64,000 nt of DNA from Ascoidea asiatica JCM 7603 (taxonomy: Eukaryota > Fungi > Ascomycota): NCBI GenBank assembly GCA_001600695.1, contig BCKQ01000003.1, forward strand, positions 1,028,654 through 1,092,653, given 5' to 3'. Every line of letters starts with the position of its first letter. The stretch's first letter is position 1. Below the pieces are notes generated by a model, which was given only the letters and a program-made list of their open reading frames with translations, had not been told where the DNA came from and searched no databases. The translations under genes were made by a program, and so were the position numbers. Positions 1 to 12,730 of the stretch are shown piece after piece.

Positions 1-1470
1 ACTTTCCACTTTCCACTTTCTACTTTCCACTCTTCAAAGTTACTTCTCTATTATTTTAATCTCTTTCATTTAATGTACAGAAAAGGAGTACTATCGTTAT
101 TTAAGACTAATTCTTTATTTATCTTTTAATTTCTTTTTCGGTTATAAATAAGGTTAATTTATATTAAAGCCTCAATATCAAATTTCTAGGAATTAAAATA
201 CATCTTGATTTATAAAAAAAAAAACAAAAAAAAAAATTGATCGACGAGTATTATTTTTATTCTTCTTGATCTTCTTTTCTATCCTTGATCTTCAATTCAT
301 TGAAATTGTTAATCATTGTTCTTTTCAATAACAATTTCGGAAAAAAAAAAAAAGGGAATAAAAAAATGGAAATCAAAACAAAAGTAAAAAAAAAAGAAAT
401 CTAATCTGTTTACCTAATTTTACCGGCACTGTACAATAATAATTTATAAATTTACTTAATTATTAAAATATTTAACAAATGATTAAACTCAATCATTATG
501 ACCAATCTTGTTCTGACAATACTGACCGTACATTTCTTTTGAATTCTACAGTTACATTTTTTTTTTCAAAGTAACGTAATTTTAATTACATCGTGCTAAT
601 TATGAATAGCCAATCAAGTGAATTTGAATAAAATATATCTCATTCATTTCAATTCATTTCGATATATTCCAAATTATCTCACTTCATTTTTAAAAGGGGG
701 TTCAACACAATATTCAAAAAAATAGGGGGGAATATAAAAAATAAAACAAAAATAAAACAAATGTAAAATCAAACATTAACGTTAACGTTATCAATACTGT
801 ATGTAAAATGTACAATTTAATCCAAACGTAATACTTACTTATTATTTTTAATAATTTTGAAGAATAAAAATACTTTTAACAAATAAAAAATCTATAAATT
901 TGACTATGGAATGGAATATAAAAAAAGGAAACAACAATAAGCACAACATCAAAAAAAATAAAAATAAAAATAAAAATAAAAATAAATAATACGGAACAAA
1001 ATGCAAAAAAAGAACAAAGCAAAACGATAAAAATAAATTTGAAACTGAAATTGAAAAGGAAATTGAACAAAAGGTAAAAACAAAACAAAATAGAAGAAAA
1101 GAAGTAAATCAGAAGAATATATAGAAGTAGAAACAGAAGCAATTGTAGAAATAGAAGAAAATAAAAATAAAAACAAATAGAAAAAGAAAAGCTAGACATA
1201 ATAAAACCCCCAAATTTGTAAATAGAACAGCGTAAACTAATTAAATTAAAATAATAATTATATGCTTATACAATACAATATTATATATTTCAATTAATTC
1301 ATTCATTTATAACTCATCCAGGCAAATTTTATTGAATCTTGGATCTTTCTTTCAGGAAATTGAAAAGGTCATCAGGAAAAACGTTAAAAAGTTTTTTTTT
1401 TTTTTTTACGTATTATATGTATACATTTGTAACAATTAACACTTAAAAACAAAAACTAAGAGAAAATGAA

Positions 1471-3441
1471 TCAAGAAATTGAAGATATCTGATAGTAATC
1501 AACTATAAAGCTAACCTTTTGAGAATATGAATAAGTATCATTTAATAAATAATTATGAAATATTATATTTGATTGAATTTCATTTGAAATTATAGCTAAA
1601 AAACTTTGTGGAATATCTTTATTTAAAATCATTTTCATTACTAAATCACTTGCAATTTTATAAAGTTCTCTACTTTGTTTTAATTGATTACTTAATGCTT
1701 CTAAAGTAGCTTCATATTTTTCTTTCAATTGTGAAGAATTTCCTGAATTTAAATTTGAAGTAAAATTAGGTTTAGATATTCTTGAATTATTTGGTGCTGT
1801 ATATTTTTCATGAATTATTCCAAGACTTGGACTTTGTGTAAAATCGGTCGAATAATAAGGATTAGAAAAATTAGTTATATCAGATTGAATATGTTGATTA
1901 TTTAATAAACTATTACTATTATTGTTATTACTGATATTATTATTATTATTATTATCCATATTACTAAAACTGTTCAATCCATTAGCAAAGGAATTAACCT
2001 GAAACTGTTGTCCAGTTTGAAGTTGAATAGAAGAAGAATTATTGAATGTATTCGAATATAATTCATTTGAAAGTCCATCTTTATATGTTTGCCCATAAGG
2101 CATTAATTCTTGACTTGTAGTTGAAGATATTTGAAAATTTATTATATTGTTATCAAACTGATTATTTTCATTTGTTAGACCTGTAGTGTTTAATATCGGA
2201 GCTTTAGCTGAAGGATATGTTAATTGATTAGAATCAAATGTATTTAATTCAGTTTGGCTTAAATCAAACGTTTGATTAAAAGGAGTTGAACCTGAATTAG
2301 TACTTTCTGTATTATTCATATAATAAAACTGATTTGGAAACTGATTTGGTTCTAAACTGGATGTTTTGAAAGCATTAAAAGTATTTCCAATATTTACGTT
2401 AGAGTTTATATTGACATTTACATTTGAATTATTAATAATGTTTTTGTTTTCATTATTATAAGAGGATAAGTTTGATTTTTCTTCATTTATGAATAAAACA
2501 TTATCTGCCATATTTGCAGATTCATTTGAGCATAATGATATAGAAGAACTTGGAGTTGGAATATTGAGAGAAATAGAACTTGAAGCAGAATTTGTAATTG
2601 GACTATTATTTTGATTATGATTTTGATTTTGTATTTTATCAGTAAAATCGATCGATGATTTACTATTATTTTCCCTAATGATATTTAAATCAACAGATGA
2701 AAGTCTTGCTTTAGAATTTTCTTTTTGTTGATTAGAAAACTTTTGATAAATAAAATTATGATATAAATAAAGGTATTCAGCTTTACCCTTTTTAGTTAAT
2801 TTTGAAATTAAATGCTTTTTTTTACTTAAGATAAATTTTATATCACCAATAATTCTATGACTTTCAATTGGAGAATTTTTATTAAAATTTGGATCAATGG
2901 AACCCTTGATTAGATTATCAAATTTTTCAAAATGATTTATATTTATAGTAAAACAATTATTAACTAAATCATAATTGAATCCCAAAATTACTGATAATTC
3001 TTGTAATAAAATAAAAGTATCATGTTCATGAGCAATAACTTTATGTAATTCGGCTCTTAATTTTTTAACTTGAAATTTAGATGATAAATTTGGATATAAT
3101 TGAATTAATTTATTTTGTGCAAAGATATAAGTTGATCTTTGAAAATCTGAAGATTTTTCTTTAGTTAATGAATTATTCAATGCCTTTGGGAGCTTATCTG
3201 AAGATATTTTTTTATTTGAATCAATTTTTACAGGTATATTCGAATTATTAATATCATTATTTTGACTATCTAATTTAATAATCTTTGAAGTATTTAAGTT
3301 TAAATTTGAATCTGAATTTGCTTTTGATTTTGAATTTAGAATTGAATTTGAATCACTTAATAAAAATTTTATAAAATTTAATTTCATATCTGTTGTCCAT
3401 CTGGAATGATCTTGAGTTGAAGCTCCTTTTCCTTGTGCCAT
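1471..3441 (-). CDS. Uncharacterised Asn/Ser-rich protein, 656 aa
   Basis: Long ATG-initiated ORF with AAA upstream of the ATG. Helical-looking N- and C-terminal blocks surround a low-complexity middle. No family recognised. Confidence 0.85.
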   Translation of the reverse strand: MAQGKGASTQDHSRWTTDMKLNFIKFLLSDSNSILNSKSKANSDSNLNLNTSKIIKLDSQNNDINNSNIPVKIDSNKKISSDKLPKALNNSLTKEKSSDFQRSTYIFAQNKLIQLYPNLSSKFQVKKLRAELHKVIAHEHDTFILLQELSVILGFNYDLVNNCFTININHFEKFDNLIKGSIDPNFNKNSPIESHRIIGDIKFILSKKKHLISKLTKKGKAEYLYLYHNFIYQKFSNQQKENSKARLSSVDLNIIRENNSKSSIDFTDKIQNQNHNQNNSPITNSASSSISLNIPTPSSSISLCSNESANMADNVLFINEEKSNLSSYNNENKNIINNSNVNVNINSNVNIGNTFNAFKTSSLEPNQFPNQFYYMNNTESTNSGSTPFNQTFDLSQTELNTFDSNQLTYPSAKAPILNTTGLTNENNQFDNNIINFQISSTTSQELMPYGQTYKDGLSNELYSNTFNNSSSIQLQTGQQFQVNSFANGLNSFSNMDNNNNNNISNNNNSNSLLNNQHIQSDITNFSNPYYSTDFTQSPSLGIIHEKYTAPNNSRISKPNFTSNLNSGNSSQLKEKYEATLEALSNQLKQSRELYKIASDLVMKMILNKDIPQSFLAIISNEIQSNIIFHNYLLNDTYSYSQKVSFIVDYYQISSIS

Positions 3442-6400
3442 TTTGAAAAATAATTTAAAAATACTATTTATTTTTCAAAGTCCTTTAATTTCTTTTATTT
3501 TTTCTTTCTATATGTATTATATGATAATAGTATATAAAAGGGGTTATATTAATAAACAATAATAATAATTTTGATCTATTTATTGATAACAATAAGTATT
3601 ATCTTACTTTCATTTGGTTATTATTGAGAATAATTTGAAAAGAAAGAAATAAAAAATTAGGGATGGGAAATGTAATTAATTTATAATAAGAATAGATATT
3701 AGATTTTCTTCAATTTAGTAGAGAAAAAATACGTTAAAAAAATATTAAATATGTTAAATAAATATTAAATAAATATAATAGATAATAAATTAATATTATT
3801 TAAAAGTTAAATAAGTATATTAATATCAAATTAATCTAATTTTATTAGATTAAATTAAATTAGAAATTGATAGGATTCTAGAAGAAGAAATATTTGCATA
3901 AATATATTTAAACTGAAGAGATAAGTTGAAATACAGACTTTTAAATATTTTTATATAAAATTGAATAAAGTAATTTGATTTTAAAATAAATTGATAATGT
4001 AAGAGCCAATTTAAAAAGTTTTTAAATTTAAAAATATCCAAAATTTAAATATTTTCAAAAATTTAAAAATTTAAAAATTAATTCTAATTATTATACTTAA
4101 AACTTTGAAAATTAGAAAATTAGCATAGATTGTATTAGAAATACTAAATCAAAAACCAAAATAAAATACAAATACAAACTATTCTCTATTGGACTGTTCT
4201 CATAATCTTAGTCTTATGAAGATTCAAAGGAACTTCAAAATATATGAATGCTGCTACTTTTATGCATAATTATAAAATATCAGTAGATTATTAGATTGAA
4301 AAATGAATATGAATATCAATTTGAATAGCAGTGTGAATATTAAAAATGAATATGAAAATGAATTCTAATACCAAGATTCTAAAGATAATATCGGAATTAA
4401 CTACTAATATTGTTTCTCATTTGTAATTGTAAATCTTCTATAAAATAATAAACAAATATCATACATAGTAAAGTGATTTAAATTTTTAGAAATAATAAAA
4501 AAAGCCTTATTGGGGTGAATTTGAAATACTGTATAATGAAAAAAAAAGAAACGGGATTTGAATAGATTTAATTTGAACGATGGTGAGAGAATAATACAAT
4601 TGGTCTTCAGTCAGATTATTTTGATAATAGCCAATTGGTTATTATTGATAATAATTAAGAGTACGTTTCCCATTTAATGCCCATTCCCATAACTCCAAAT
4701 GGAGAAATTGAGAACCAATGAAAATAATCCCATAAAACAAAACTGGGTCTAAATAACATTCAACTTAAGTTAATTAATGTTATCGGCGGGCCTACAATAT
4801 TGTATTGGTACGTACTACGTACCAATTGTTCAAGATCTACCAAGTTTTATGGTCTACAGTACTAGTATATGTTTGTGATGCACTGCGCTGTACAAATGTT
4901 TTTTGGTTGTTGTTAGGCGAGTGGTAGCTGCGCACTTTTCCGAAGAAAATAATTAAACAGCGTAGCCTAGCAGCCAAAATGTGCATGAATGTACTCACTT
5001 TTTACCAATATAGGTTTCACTCTGCTTGATAATTGTGGCATGTGGCTTATTAATTGAACTTTGGGTTCAATCAATTTACCATTACAGCATTAATTAGTTC
5101 AAATATGGGAAACATAAAACAAGCACTACTCAAGGTTGAGTGTAAGTACTGCAACTAGCAGTCTTAAATATACTTACCCACGCTGCAAACGAAAACCTAA
5201 GCCTTCTGGGCACTTTTGAGACAATTATTTTGTTGTAACGTTACTGTAAGGTAGCATCAGAACCAAAACGGTTGGGCAAACGGTGATACGTTCATAAATT
5301 GACCCGGTTACTGTTGCAAAAGTAATTGATTGCGGGTAACCCTGCTTGGATGTACGTGAGTACAAATAACAATGCATGTCTGAGTACCTCATGCTCGTAT
5401 TTGCCAATTACTTCACTGAATTTACACTAATAGGAGAAAAGTGACCGACATAGTATGGTTATGTCACTAAAACTCAGTAGTGTATTTTAAGGTTTTTTTA
5501 ACTGTTGATCAAAAGCTTACGGTACATAAGTCTATTGGCAAATTACAGAGGTGTACACAAAACCAAACATATTTAGCGAATGAGGTAATTGATTATGGTA
5601 GTGAAAGCGAATAATTCTGAATATATTACACTAATTTTTTGCTTTTAATGTATTTGGTGTTTATTCTCTGTTTAATGCCTTAACGTTTGAAGCCTTCCAG
5701 TATACTTTTTGAAAATTGAGTAATAACTGTTGAATTTTAAAGAAACTAGAGATCTTGGATAATTGATACTACTTTTCAAGCTTAGGCGATAAAAAAATTA
5801 ATTTGAAAAAAAAAAAAACATTAAAGAACCAGTTTTTTATTTTGTAATTTGTAAGGCAAAAATCTCAAGGTTCTGTATATTTCAATAATAACAATGAAAA
5901 AAATATTCATTTATTGAATGATTTTGATGATTGAAAAATGCGAAACTGAGAAGTAAGGTATTTTGCTAATTTATAAGCAAATGTACAGAATTTACAATTG
6001 AAAAGAATTGGAATTGTGAAAAAAGTACAGAAGTACCTTAATTGGTACAATACGTTTTTCTACCAATATTATTCAGTCAATCAGAGTCAAACTATCCTTT
6101 ATCATAATTTAGAATGAGCCGCTTTTTAAACCACCTCTTCCACCATTTATTCTATAAATATTCATAATTAATTAAAAAACAATTTTTACTTAATTCAAAG
6201 AATTTGTCTGAAAGACATAATCTTTATTTTCTTTTTTTATTCGGATTCTATCGAATTTATTTTTAAAAAAAATAATAATTATAACTGCTAATACGATTAA
6301 TGTTATTGATAGGAGAGTAATTTAAAGATTGATGAAACTATTAACAGTTATTACATAAGCTTATGTTAATTTTACTCCATTTCCGTTTCGGATAATATGT

Positions 6401-8079
6401 TGCAAAACCAAGTATATTCTTGGTTAAGTGCGAAATAATTCCTTATAGATCAATCATAAATTATATTTATGGTTCCATAATAATAAGAAAAATATATTAA
6501 CAAACAGCTTTAGACAGTGGGTTACAGGATTATAACCAGTTATACAGAAAAATACCTTAGAGTACCAGTATTAATGGTGACCAATTGAACCAAAGAAAAC
6601 ATTTCAAAGACTCATAGGCTAAATATCTTTTGAAAGCGATTGTAAATTTAATTATTTATCTTTTATCCAGTAATTTTTATTAGTTGCACTAAAGTGGAAC
6701 TAAGCATTTTAACATACGGTAGTGTGTTTTCAATTCAAATATCTAATATTACTACACTTCATTTTTATTGTCTATCTTTCAAATTTGAAAAGATATGTTT
6801 TGCTAATTTTTTTTTTTACAAAGCCATACTGACCTTAAAGTCATTAAAAGTTTATCATTTTTGATCAGCTTCAAATAACAATTATTGTCAATCATATTAC
6901 GCTTTTAAAAAATTCAAGGAAAGTAAATATTCAATAATTTGAGTGTTTTAGAAAATACTTTAAGTTTGGGATTAATTATCCAAAATCTTTGGAAATCAAA
7001 GATTCACATCAATTGCTTTTTTTTTCAGTAATTACATAATATTTATACCAGTATATTGACTATTCTTATTAAAAAAAAAGCACCTAAAATGTTCTAATCA
7101 TGATTAGCGATAATTGTAAATACAGTGAGGTTGTAATTCACTTATTAATGTTAGGAATAACATTGACATTAATTAAATCAAAATTTTCAAAATGGTATCG
7201 CCGAGAGATTCTCTAACAAAAGTTTATGGTTCTTGACTATAAAAAAAGGAATACACCCTCGGCAAACTCAGTGTCTGAGTCAAGTCATGTGGTAAGCGAA
7301 AACCGGGAAACAATATCTTATTTACCAAAACGAGATCCCGAAATTAACCCACAGAGTTTTACAGCTACCCACTTTTTTAGTGACCGGTAATTTAACAACT
7401 CGGCGATTCAATGATTTGGAGAATAATTCACAACACGTGAACAGTCTTGAAAAAAAAAACCCCGGAGTGCTTACATAAGCGATACTTTTAATTCCAATTA
7501 GAAGATTGAACCATATCAACCAGTTAAACAAAAGTTTCAGGTCACGGGACTTTTTTTTTCGCACCAAAGCAATGGAGCTCAATTCTAGTCATTTATTCAT
7601 GATGATATTTTGCTTTATCATGCAGGCTTCCTTACTCTTATCTTAATGATTACATAATCCGCAATATCCGCCAACACTGAAGGGAGTTTGATAAAGGAAA
7701 ATTGCCACCACCCATCGAGAGCAATCCCAGGTTGAAGGAATGCTCTGTGGTGAATTTCAGAGGCGAAACATAGTAAAATCTAGCATTCAAAACCTGCCTT
7801 TTTAAGAAATTTTTATATCGCACTACTATCGACTTATCAGTGATAGAGCTGAAACTACACTATAATATGTATTTTGCGGGCTAAATTTCTTGCTTTCCTT
7901 AAAAACTCCACTATTTAATCTCTTTGAATATTTTCGATTCTTCTTTTCTCTTTTTCTTCCATTTATTTTCCTTTTCTTTCGTATCACTCAGTATTTATAA
8001 ATCAATTCTTTTTAGTTCAGATAAATTTATTAATACTTTATTGATCCTTATTATTTATAATATCCTGTCCCAATCAATT

Positions 8080-8120
<41 letters not shown>

Positions 8121-8214
8121 CTTGCCAAATAAAATTACTCTTAGTTCTTTATTATTTTAATTTATTTAAATCTATAATTAGCAAGTAATAACTTAATCAT
8201 ATTTTAAATCAGCC

Positions 8215-11200
8215 ATGCAACCTGTTAAGGCTGGGCCTAAAAAGCCTAAGAAATCTTCTTCTCTTGCTTCATTATCCTCATCATGGTCTACTGCTTCTTC
8301 ATCTCCTCCTTCTTCATCTGCTTTTTCAGCTACTACTAATAATACTAATGCTCCTCCTACTACCACTCATAAAATCAAATCTAATCCTTCACCATTGTTA
8401 GATTTAAAGACAGACTCTTCGGTTAAACAAAATCTGGATTTTATCAATTGTAAATTTACTTACTATAAAACCAAGAAAGTTAATATTACCAAATACATCA
8501 ATATCTCAAAATATGATCTTTCAAATAAATCTGCTATGGTAAAAATCTTATCATTGGCTTTCAATTTTCCTAAATATATTAAGGATATTTTTGATAATGA
8601 AGCCAATAATCATGATAATAATATCTCCAATGATAATGAAAATGATTTTTTAATGTTCAGAAAATCAAAAAGAACTAAAAATTTTGTCCCAATTATTTCA
8701 ACTTCTGATTTCAAAAATTTAAAAGGTTTATGTGATTTTAAATCTTCTTTATATTTCATTTTCTATTTCAAAAATTCTAATAAAGATGATTTAAGTCCTT
8801 CTTTAGATTATTTTATGAAAAATATTATTTTAAAAGGTACAGATACTACTACTTCTCCATTTGCTAATAGTTTATTCAATCAAATCCCAGATCAAGATGA
8901 ATCGTTACAAGCGGTTAGGAATGCTCAAGCTGTATCAGACCCTTTCCTTTCTACAAGAGATTCTTTAAAATCCCCATATACCTCTCTTTTAGATCAAATC
9001 AAGACTCAAAACCCAATCAAAAATCCTATTTATCAAAGCCACTATTCATCAATTATCAACCCCGAAGTAAAATCTCAAACTTTTAGTAATGAATCACCTA
9101 AAGCATGTGTTTTATCTGATGGTTCAATTAATAAAATTGTTGCTGAATTATTAAAATCTGACTACTTTCAAAATCTTAACAGTAAAATTAACTCTATGGA
9201 AACTTTATTAAAAGTTCAAGATCAAAGATTAGAAAGATTAGATGAATCAGAAAGATTAAATAAATTAGAAAGATTAGATGAATTAGATGAATTAGAAAGA
9301 TTAGATAAATTAGAAAAGACCAAAAACTTAGAAAATGCAGAAGATGAAGAAAATACATTTAATAATCATGCTGAAACTTCCTTCAATTCTTATAATAAAA
9401 ATTCATCTCAAAAGTTATGTAACTTGAATACAAATGTTGATATTGTTCATTATGATATAGTTTGTGATTCATGTTATCCCCCATACAAACGAAACAATGA
9501 TTCTCAGTTTATCAAAGGTATTCGTTATAAATGTATTGATTGTTTTAATTTAGATATTTGCTCAAAATGTATTGATAATCCTTTTGAAAATAATTATGCT
9601 AATAACTCTCATACTTCAAAACATAATATGATTATCTTTGATAATAAAGTATCAAATGCTCATTATTTTGTTTCAAAAGGTTTAGATTTCATTTATTATG
9701 TTCAAAAATTTAGTAATCAAATTTGTACTTCATGTTTTAATGAAATCGATTCAGTTGGTTATAAAAGTTTAGCTTCTAACGATCAAAACAATTTATGTCA
9801 CAATTGTTATACTGATCAATTTCCTGATTTACCTTTTCCTATTTTAAGATATAATTTTATAAATAAATTTATCAATCCTTCAATTGTTAAAGATTTAAGA
9901 CACAATAAAATCACAAAACCTTCATTAAATCAAAAATTCAGAAAGCCAAAATGTACAAGATCTCCATTTCCTTTAGTATTAGATGAATTAAAAATGTTCA
10001 AAGAGTCAATTGATTCAAAAAATTCAAAAGCTGATTCAGACTTAAATAATTCCAAAAACTCAAAATTTTCCCTTCAAGAAAAGAACTTACTTGTCCCAAT
10101 TCCTTTCGTTCCAATTGATATCTATTCAAGGCCTAAAACTAATCATTACTGCGATAATTGTCATTTGGATATTATTTCTTCACGTTATCGTTGTACAGAT
10201 TGTGAAGATCTTGATTTATGTCAAACATGTTATTTTAAGTTCATCGAAAATGAAACTAGTTGTGGAAACTTATTATCCACTGATCATAAAAAATCTCATT
10301 CAATGGAACTTTTAGGCAATAATATTCAAAAACCTAATACTTTATTTGAACTAAAAACATTTTCTTGTGATAATTGTAATTCAGTTATTTCTAATGAACG
10401 TTATCATTGTGGTAGTTGCTATGATTTTGATTTATGTCGTGATTGTAATTGGACCTTCATGAGAGATGCGTTGAAATGTAAGACCTTATTGCAAAGTTCT
10501 AATCATAAACAATCTCATAATTTTACTGTTTATTATAATGATAAATTATCATCAGTCTCAGGTTCAAATAAGTCAGACAATTCATTTATTAATTCTTCTG
10601 CTAAATCGCCTTCAGTTGAAAAGGTAACTTCCAATGGACAAGGTAAATTTGAATCTAAACTTGAAGAATTGTTAGGGAAAGTCATTAGTCATTATTCTAA
10701 ATCTTTAAATCCTGATGAAGACACTGAAATGATCAATGATGATACCACAAGGACTGATTCTGGAAAGGTTAATTCAAAGAATAATTCTATAGTTGTTGAT
10801 ATTGATTCCACAGAGCTCAATGAATTAATTTTTAGTAAATTCAATAGTGTTTCCAATTCAATCAAAGCACTTGAAGAAAATGTTTCAGATATGAAAAAAA
10901 TGCTCAGCTCTCATGAATTAGATACAAAATCATTAGCTGAAACTATGGAATTCACTATGGATCCAAGATTACGTATTTTATCTGAAGAAAATGATGATAT
11001 ACTCCTCAATTTTGACTATTTATTAGAGAAGGTTAGTGGAGTTATTAAAGAATCACAATCCGATCTAGAAGAAAAAGTTGAAGATTTGAAAAAGCAAATC
11101 AATAGTAAAATTAGTTATGATGAATTTGAGGCTATGAAAATTAAAGCATCTAAGTATGATGAATTGGCCAAAAAATTGGAAGAAAATAAAAATTCTTTAG

Positions 11201-12006
11201 ATGAGAGTATTATGTTCAATTACATGTCACCTTTCAAAGTTCCACATTTGGATGCATCTGTTGCAACTGTTGATATTGAAGGTGGAGAGAAAGAGAAAAC
11301 AGCAACCAGTACATCTTCACTTACCTTTAGCTTACCATGCTCTTTCCCACCTTCTGATAGTTCTGCTCAACCAGTTTCCAAATCGGTTTCATCCACAGTG
11401 ATTTTACCAACCTTACCCAAAGAATCTATTGCATTTTTAGATGCTAGCTCAACCTTCAAAAATGCCAAGGAAACAGCTTCGAATTTGGTTACAAATGAGG
11501 CATCTTCAGTAAAACCCAGAAAGGTGAATGAAAATGAGCATTACAATAATGATGCCGATGATGAAAATGACGGAAATGATTCTAAGGAAGATATTGAAAA
11601 CGATGAAGATAATGAGGAAAATGAAGAAGAATACTTTGATAATTTCAAATCTATCATTCTTCAATCTGAAGACAACAAATTAAAAAAATCTGAAGATTTA
11701 AATTCAAATTCTTTTGTTACGTCTACTGCTGATGAAAGGGTTGTTACCGAAAATCTTGCTAATATGGACTCTCAAATCTCGTTGGGTAAAAGCATTCTGT
11801 CTGAAAATAAAAATGAGTCAGTCATTTCAAATTCAATTGAAGCTGCTGGCGAAAAAGATGTAGATTCTTCTCGTTCTACTGAAAAGTTTGAGCCTTTTAA
11901 TATGGATTCTGTCAAAAAGGCTAATACAGCTGAATTATTGGATGAAAATGATTTTAATTCTGATTATGAAATCTTATCAGTAACCGAATCAGGAGACGAA
12001 TTTTAA
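8215..12006 (+). CDS. NBR1: Nbr1-like selective autophagy receptor with multiple ZZ zinc fingers
   Basis: Three clear ZZ domains (CDSC..RYKCIDCFNLDICSKC; CDNC..RYRCTDCEDLDLCQTC; CDNC..RYHCGSCYDFDLCRDC) and one degenerate one (CTSC..LCHNC). Also coiled-coil segments and an acidic C-terminal Atg8-interacting motif DYEIL (YEIL at 11965-11976). Confidence 0.75.
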   Translation: MQPVKAGPKKPKKSSSLASLSSSWSTASSSPPSSSAFSATTNNTNAPPTTTHKIKSNPSPLLDLKTDSSVKQNLDFINCKFTYYKTKKVNITKYINISKYDLSNKSAMVKILSLAFNFPKYIKDIFDNEANNHDNNISNDNENDFLMFRKSKRTKNFVPIISTSDFKNLKGLCDFKSSLYFIFYFKNSNKDDLSPSLDYFMKNIILKGTDTTTSPFANSLFNQIPDQDESLQAVRNAQAVSDPFLSTRDSLKSPYTSLLDQIKTQNPIKNPIYQSHYSSIINPEVKSQTFSNESPKACVLSDGSINKIVAELLKSDYFQNLNSKINSMETLLKVQDQRLERLDESERLNKLERLDELDELERLDKLEKTKNLENAEDEENTFNNHAETSFNSYNKNSSQKLCNLNTNVDIVHYDIVCDSCYPPYKRNNDSQFIKGIRYKCIDCFNLDICSKCIDNPFENNYANNSHTSKHNMIIFDNKVSNAHYFVSKGLDFIYYVQKFSNQICTSCFNEIDSVGYKSLASNDQNNLCHNCYTDQFPDLPFPILRYNFINKFINPSIVKDLRHNKITKPSLNQKFRKPKCTRSPFPLVLDELKMFKESIDSKNSKADSDLNNSKNSKFSLQEKNLLVPIPFVPIDIYSRPKTNHYCDNCHLDIISSRYRCTDCEDLDLCQTCYFKFIENETSCGNLLSTDHKKSHSMELLGNNIQKPNTLFELKTFSCDNCNSVISNERYHCGSCYDFDLCRDCNWTFMRDALKCKTLLQSSNHKQSHNFTVYYNDKLSSVSGSNKSDNSFINSSAKSPSVEKVTSNGQGKFESKLEELLGKVISHYSKSLNPDEDTEMINDDTTRTDSGKVNSKNNSIVVDIDSTELNELIFSKFNSVSNSIKALEENVSDMKKMLSSHELDTKSLAETMEFTMDPRLRILSEENDDILLNFDYLLEKVSGVIKESQSDLEEKVEDLKKQINSKISYDEFEAMKIKASKYDELAKKLEENKNSLDESIMFNYMSPFKVPHLDASVATVDIEGGEKEKTATSTSSLTFSLPCSFPPSDSSAQPVSKSVSSTVILPTLPKESIAFLDASSTFKNAKETASNLVTNEASSVKPRKVNENEHYNNDADDENDGNDSKEDIENDEDNEENEEEYFDNFKSIILQSEDNKLKKSEDLNSNSFVTSTADERVVTENLANMDSQISLGKSILSENKNESVISNSIEAAGEKDVDSSRSTEKFEPFNMDSVKKANTAELLDENDFNSDYEILSVTESGDEF

Positions 12007-12730
12007 ATCAAAAAATTTTCATTTCTTCTCTTTTCTAAATTAAGAACAATCAATTTTTTATATTCTTATCAAAAAAACAAACTTTTTTTTTTTTACTTCT
12101 TTTCAAATTAAACAATGTGTCTATCTGTTTTTGTCTTATTTATGTGATTATTTTTTAGTGGTTTTATTTTTATTATATCTGGTGTCTTGCAATGAAATTG
12201 CGTATATATATTTGATTGTATATACTTTTTTTTTATATAACTATGAATTTTATTATGATAATATATGGAACTTTTCTCTATAACCTTCAATTTTCCAGTT
12301 TTTTGTAGTGTTAAGTTTCTCAGTTTATATCCTAGGACAATGATGTCCTTAAATACTAGTTGCACGACACCAAAATTTTTCTAGGTAAACGTGATCTCGG
12401 CTCTGGCATGTTGAAAGAAGTCATAAAGAATACTGTAACATTAGTAACGTTGGCTACCATATTATTAAACGTTAGCGTTTATCGTTTATAGAATGGAGGA
12501 AATGAATCTCTTTGGAATTTACTTGCCAACAAAAATATATTTATTTCTCTAGGTATGAGAAATTAAAGAATTGAATTGTAACTTATGATATCAATATTAA
12601 CAAATAGTAGATAATTTCTCGTTTAGCCATTGTTGAAGAAAGAGGTCTTTTATGCGAAATTGGCCATCAATTAAGTTATTAGCTTAACATAAAATTGAAT
12701 ACATAATTTATTTTGATATGATAATCAAAC

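Noticed and set aside
876-1199. Hydrophobic 107-aa and 75-aa ORFs
   Set aside because: They are the reverse of an A-rich repeat tract in a probable 3' region, so the F/L/I content is a compositional artefact.
5170-5179. ATACTTACCC, resembling the U1 snRNA 5' end
   Set aside because: It mismatches AUACUUACCU, and I saw no U1 stem-loops or Sm site downstream.
7570-7585. CAATGGAGCTCA, resembling the RNase MRP conserved region V
   Set aside because: No matching upstream region-I partner (GAAAGTCxCC-like) was found.
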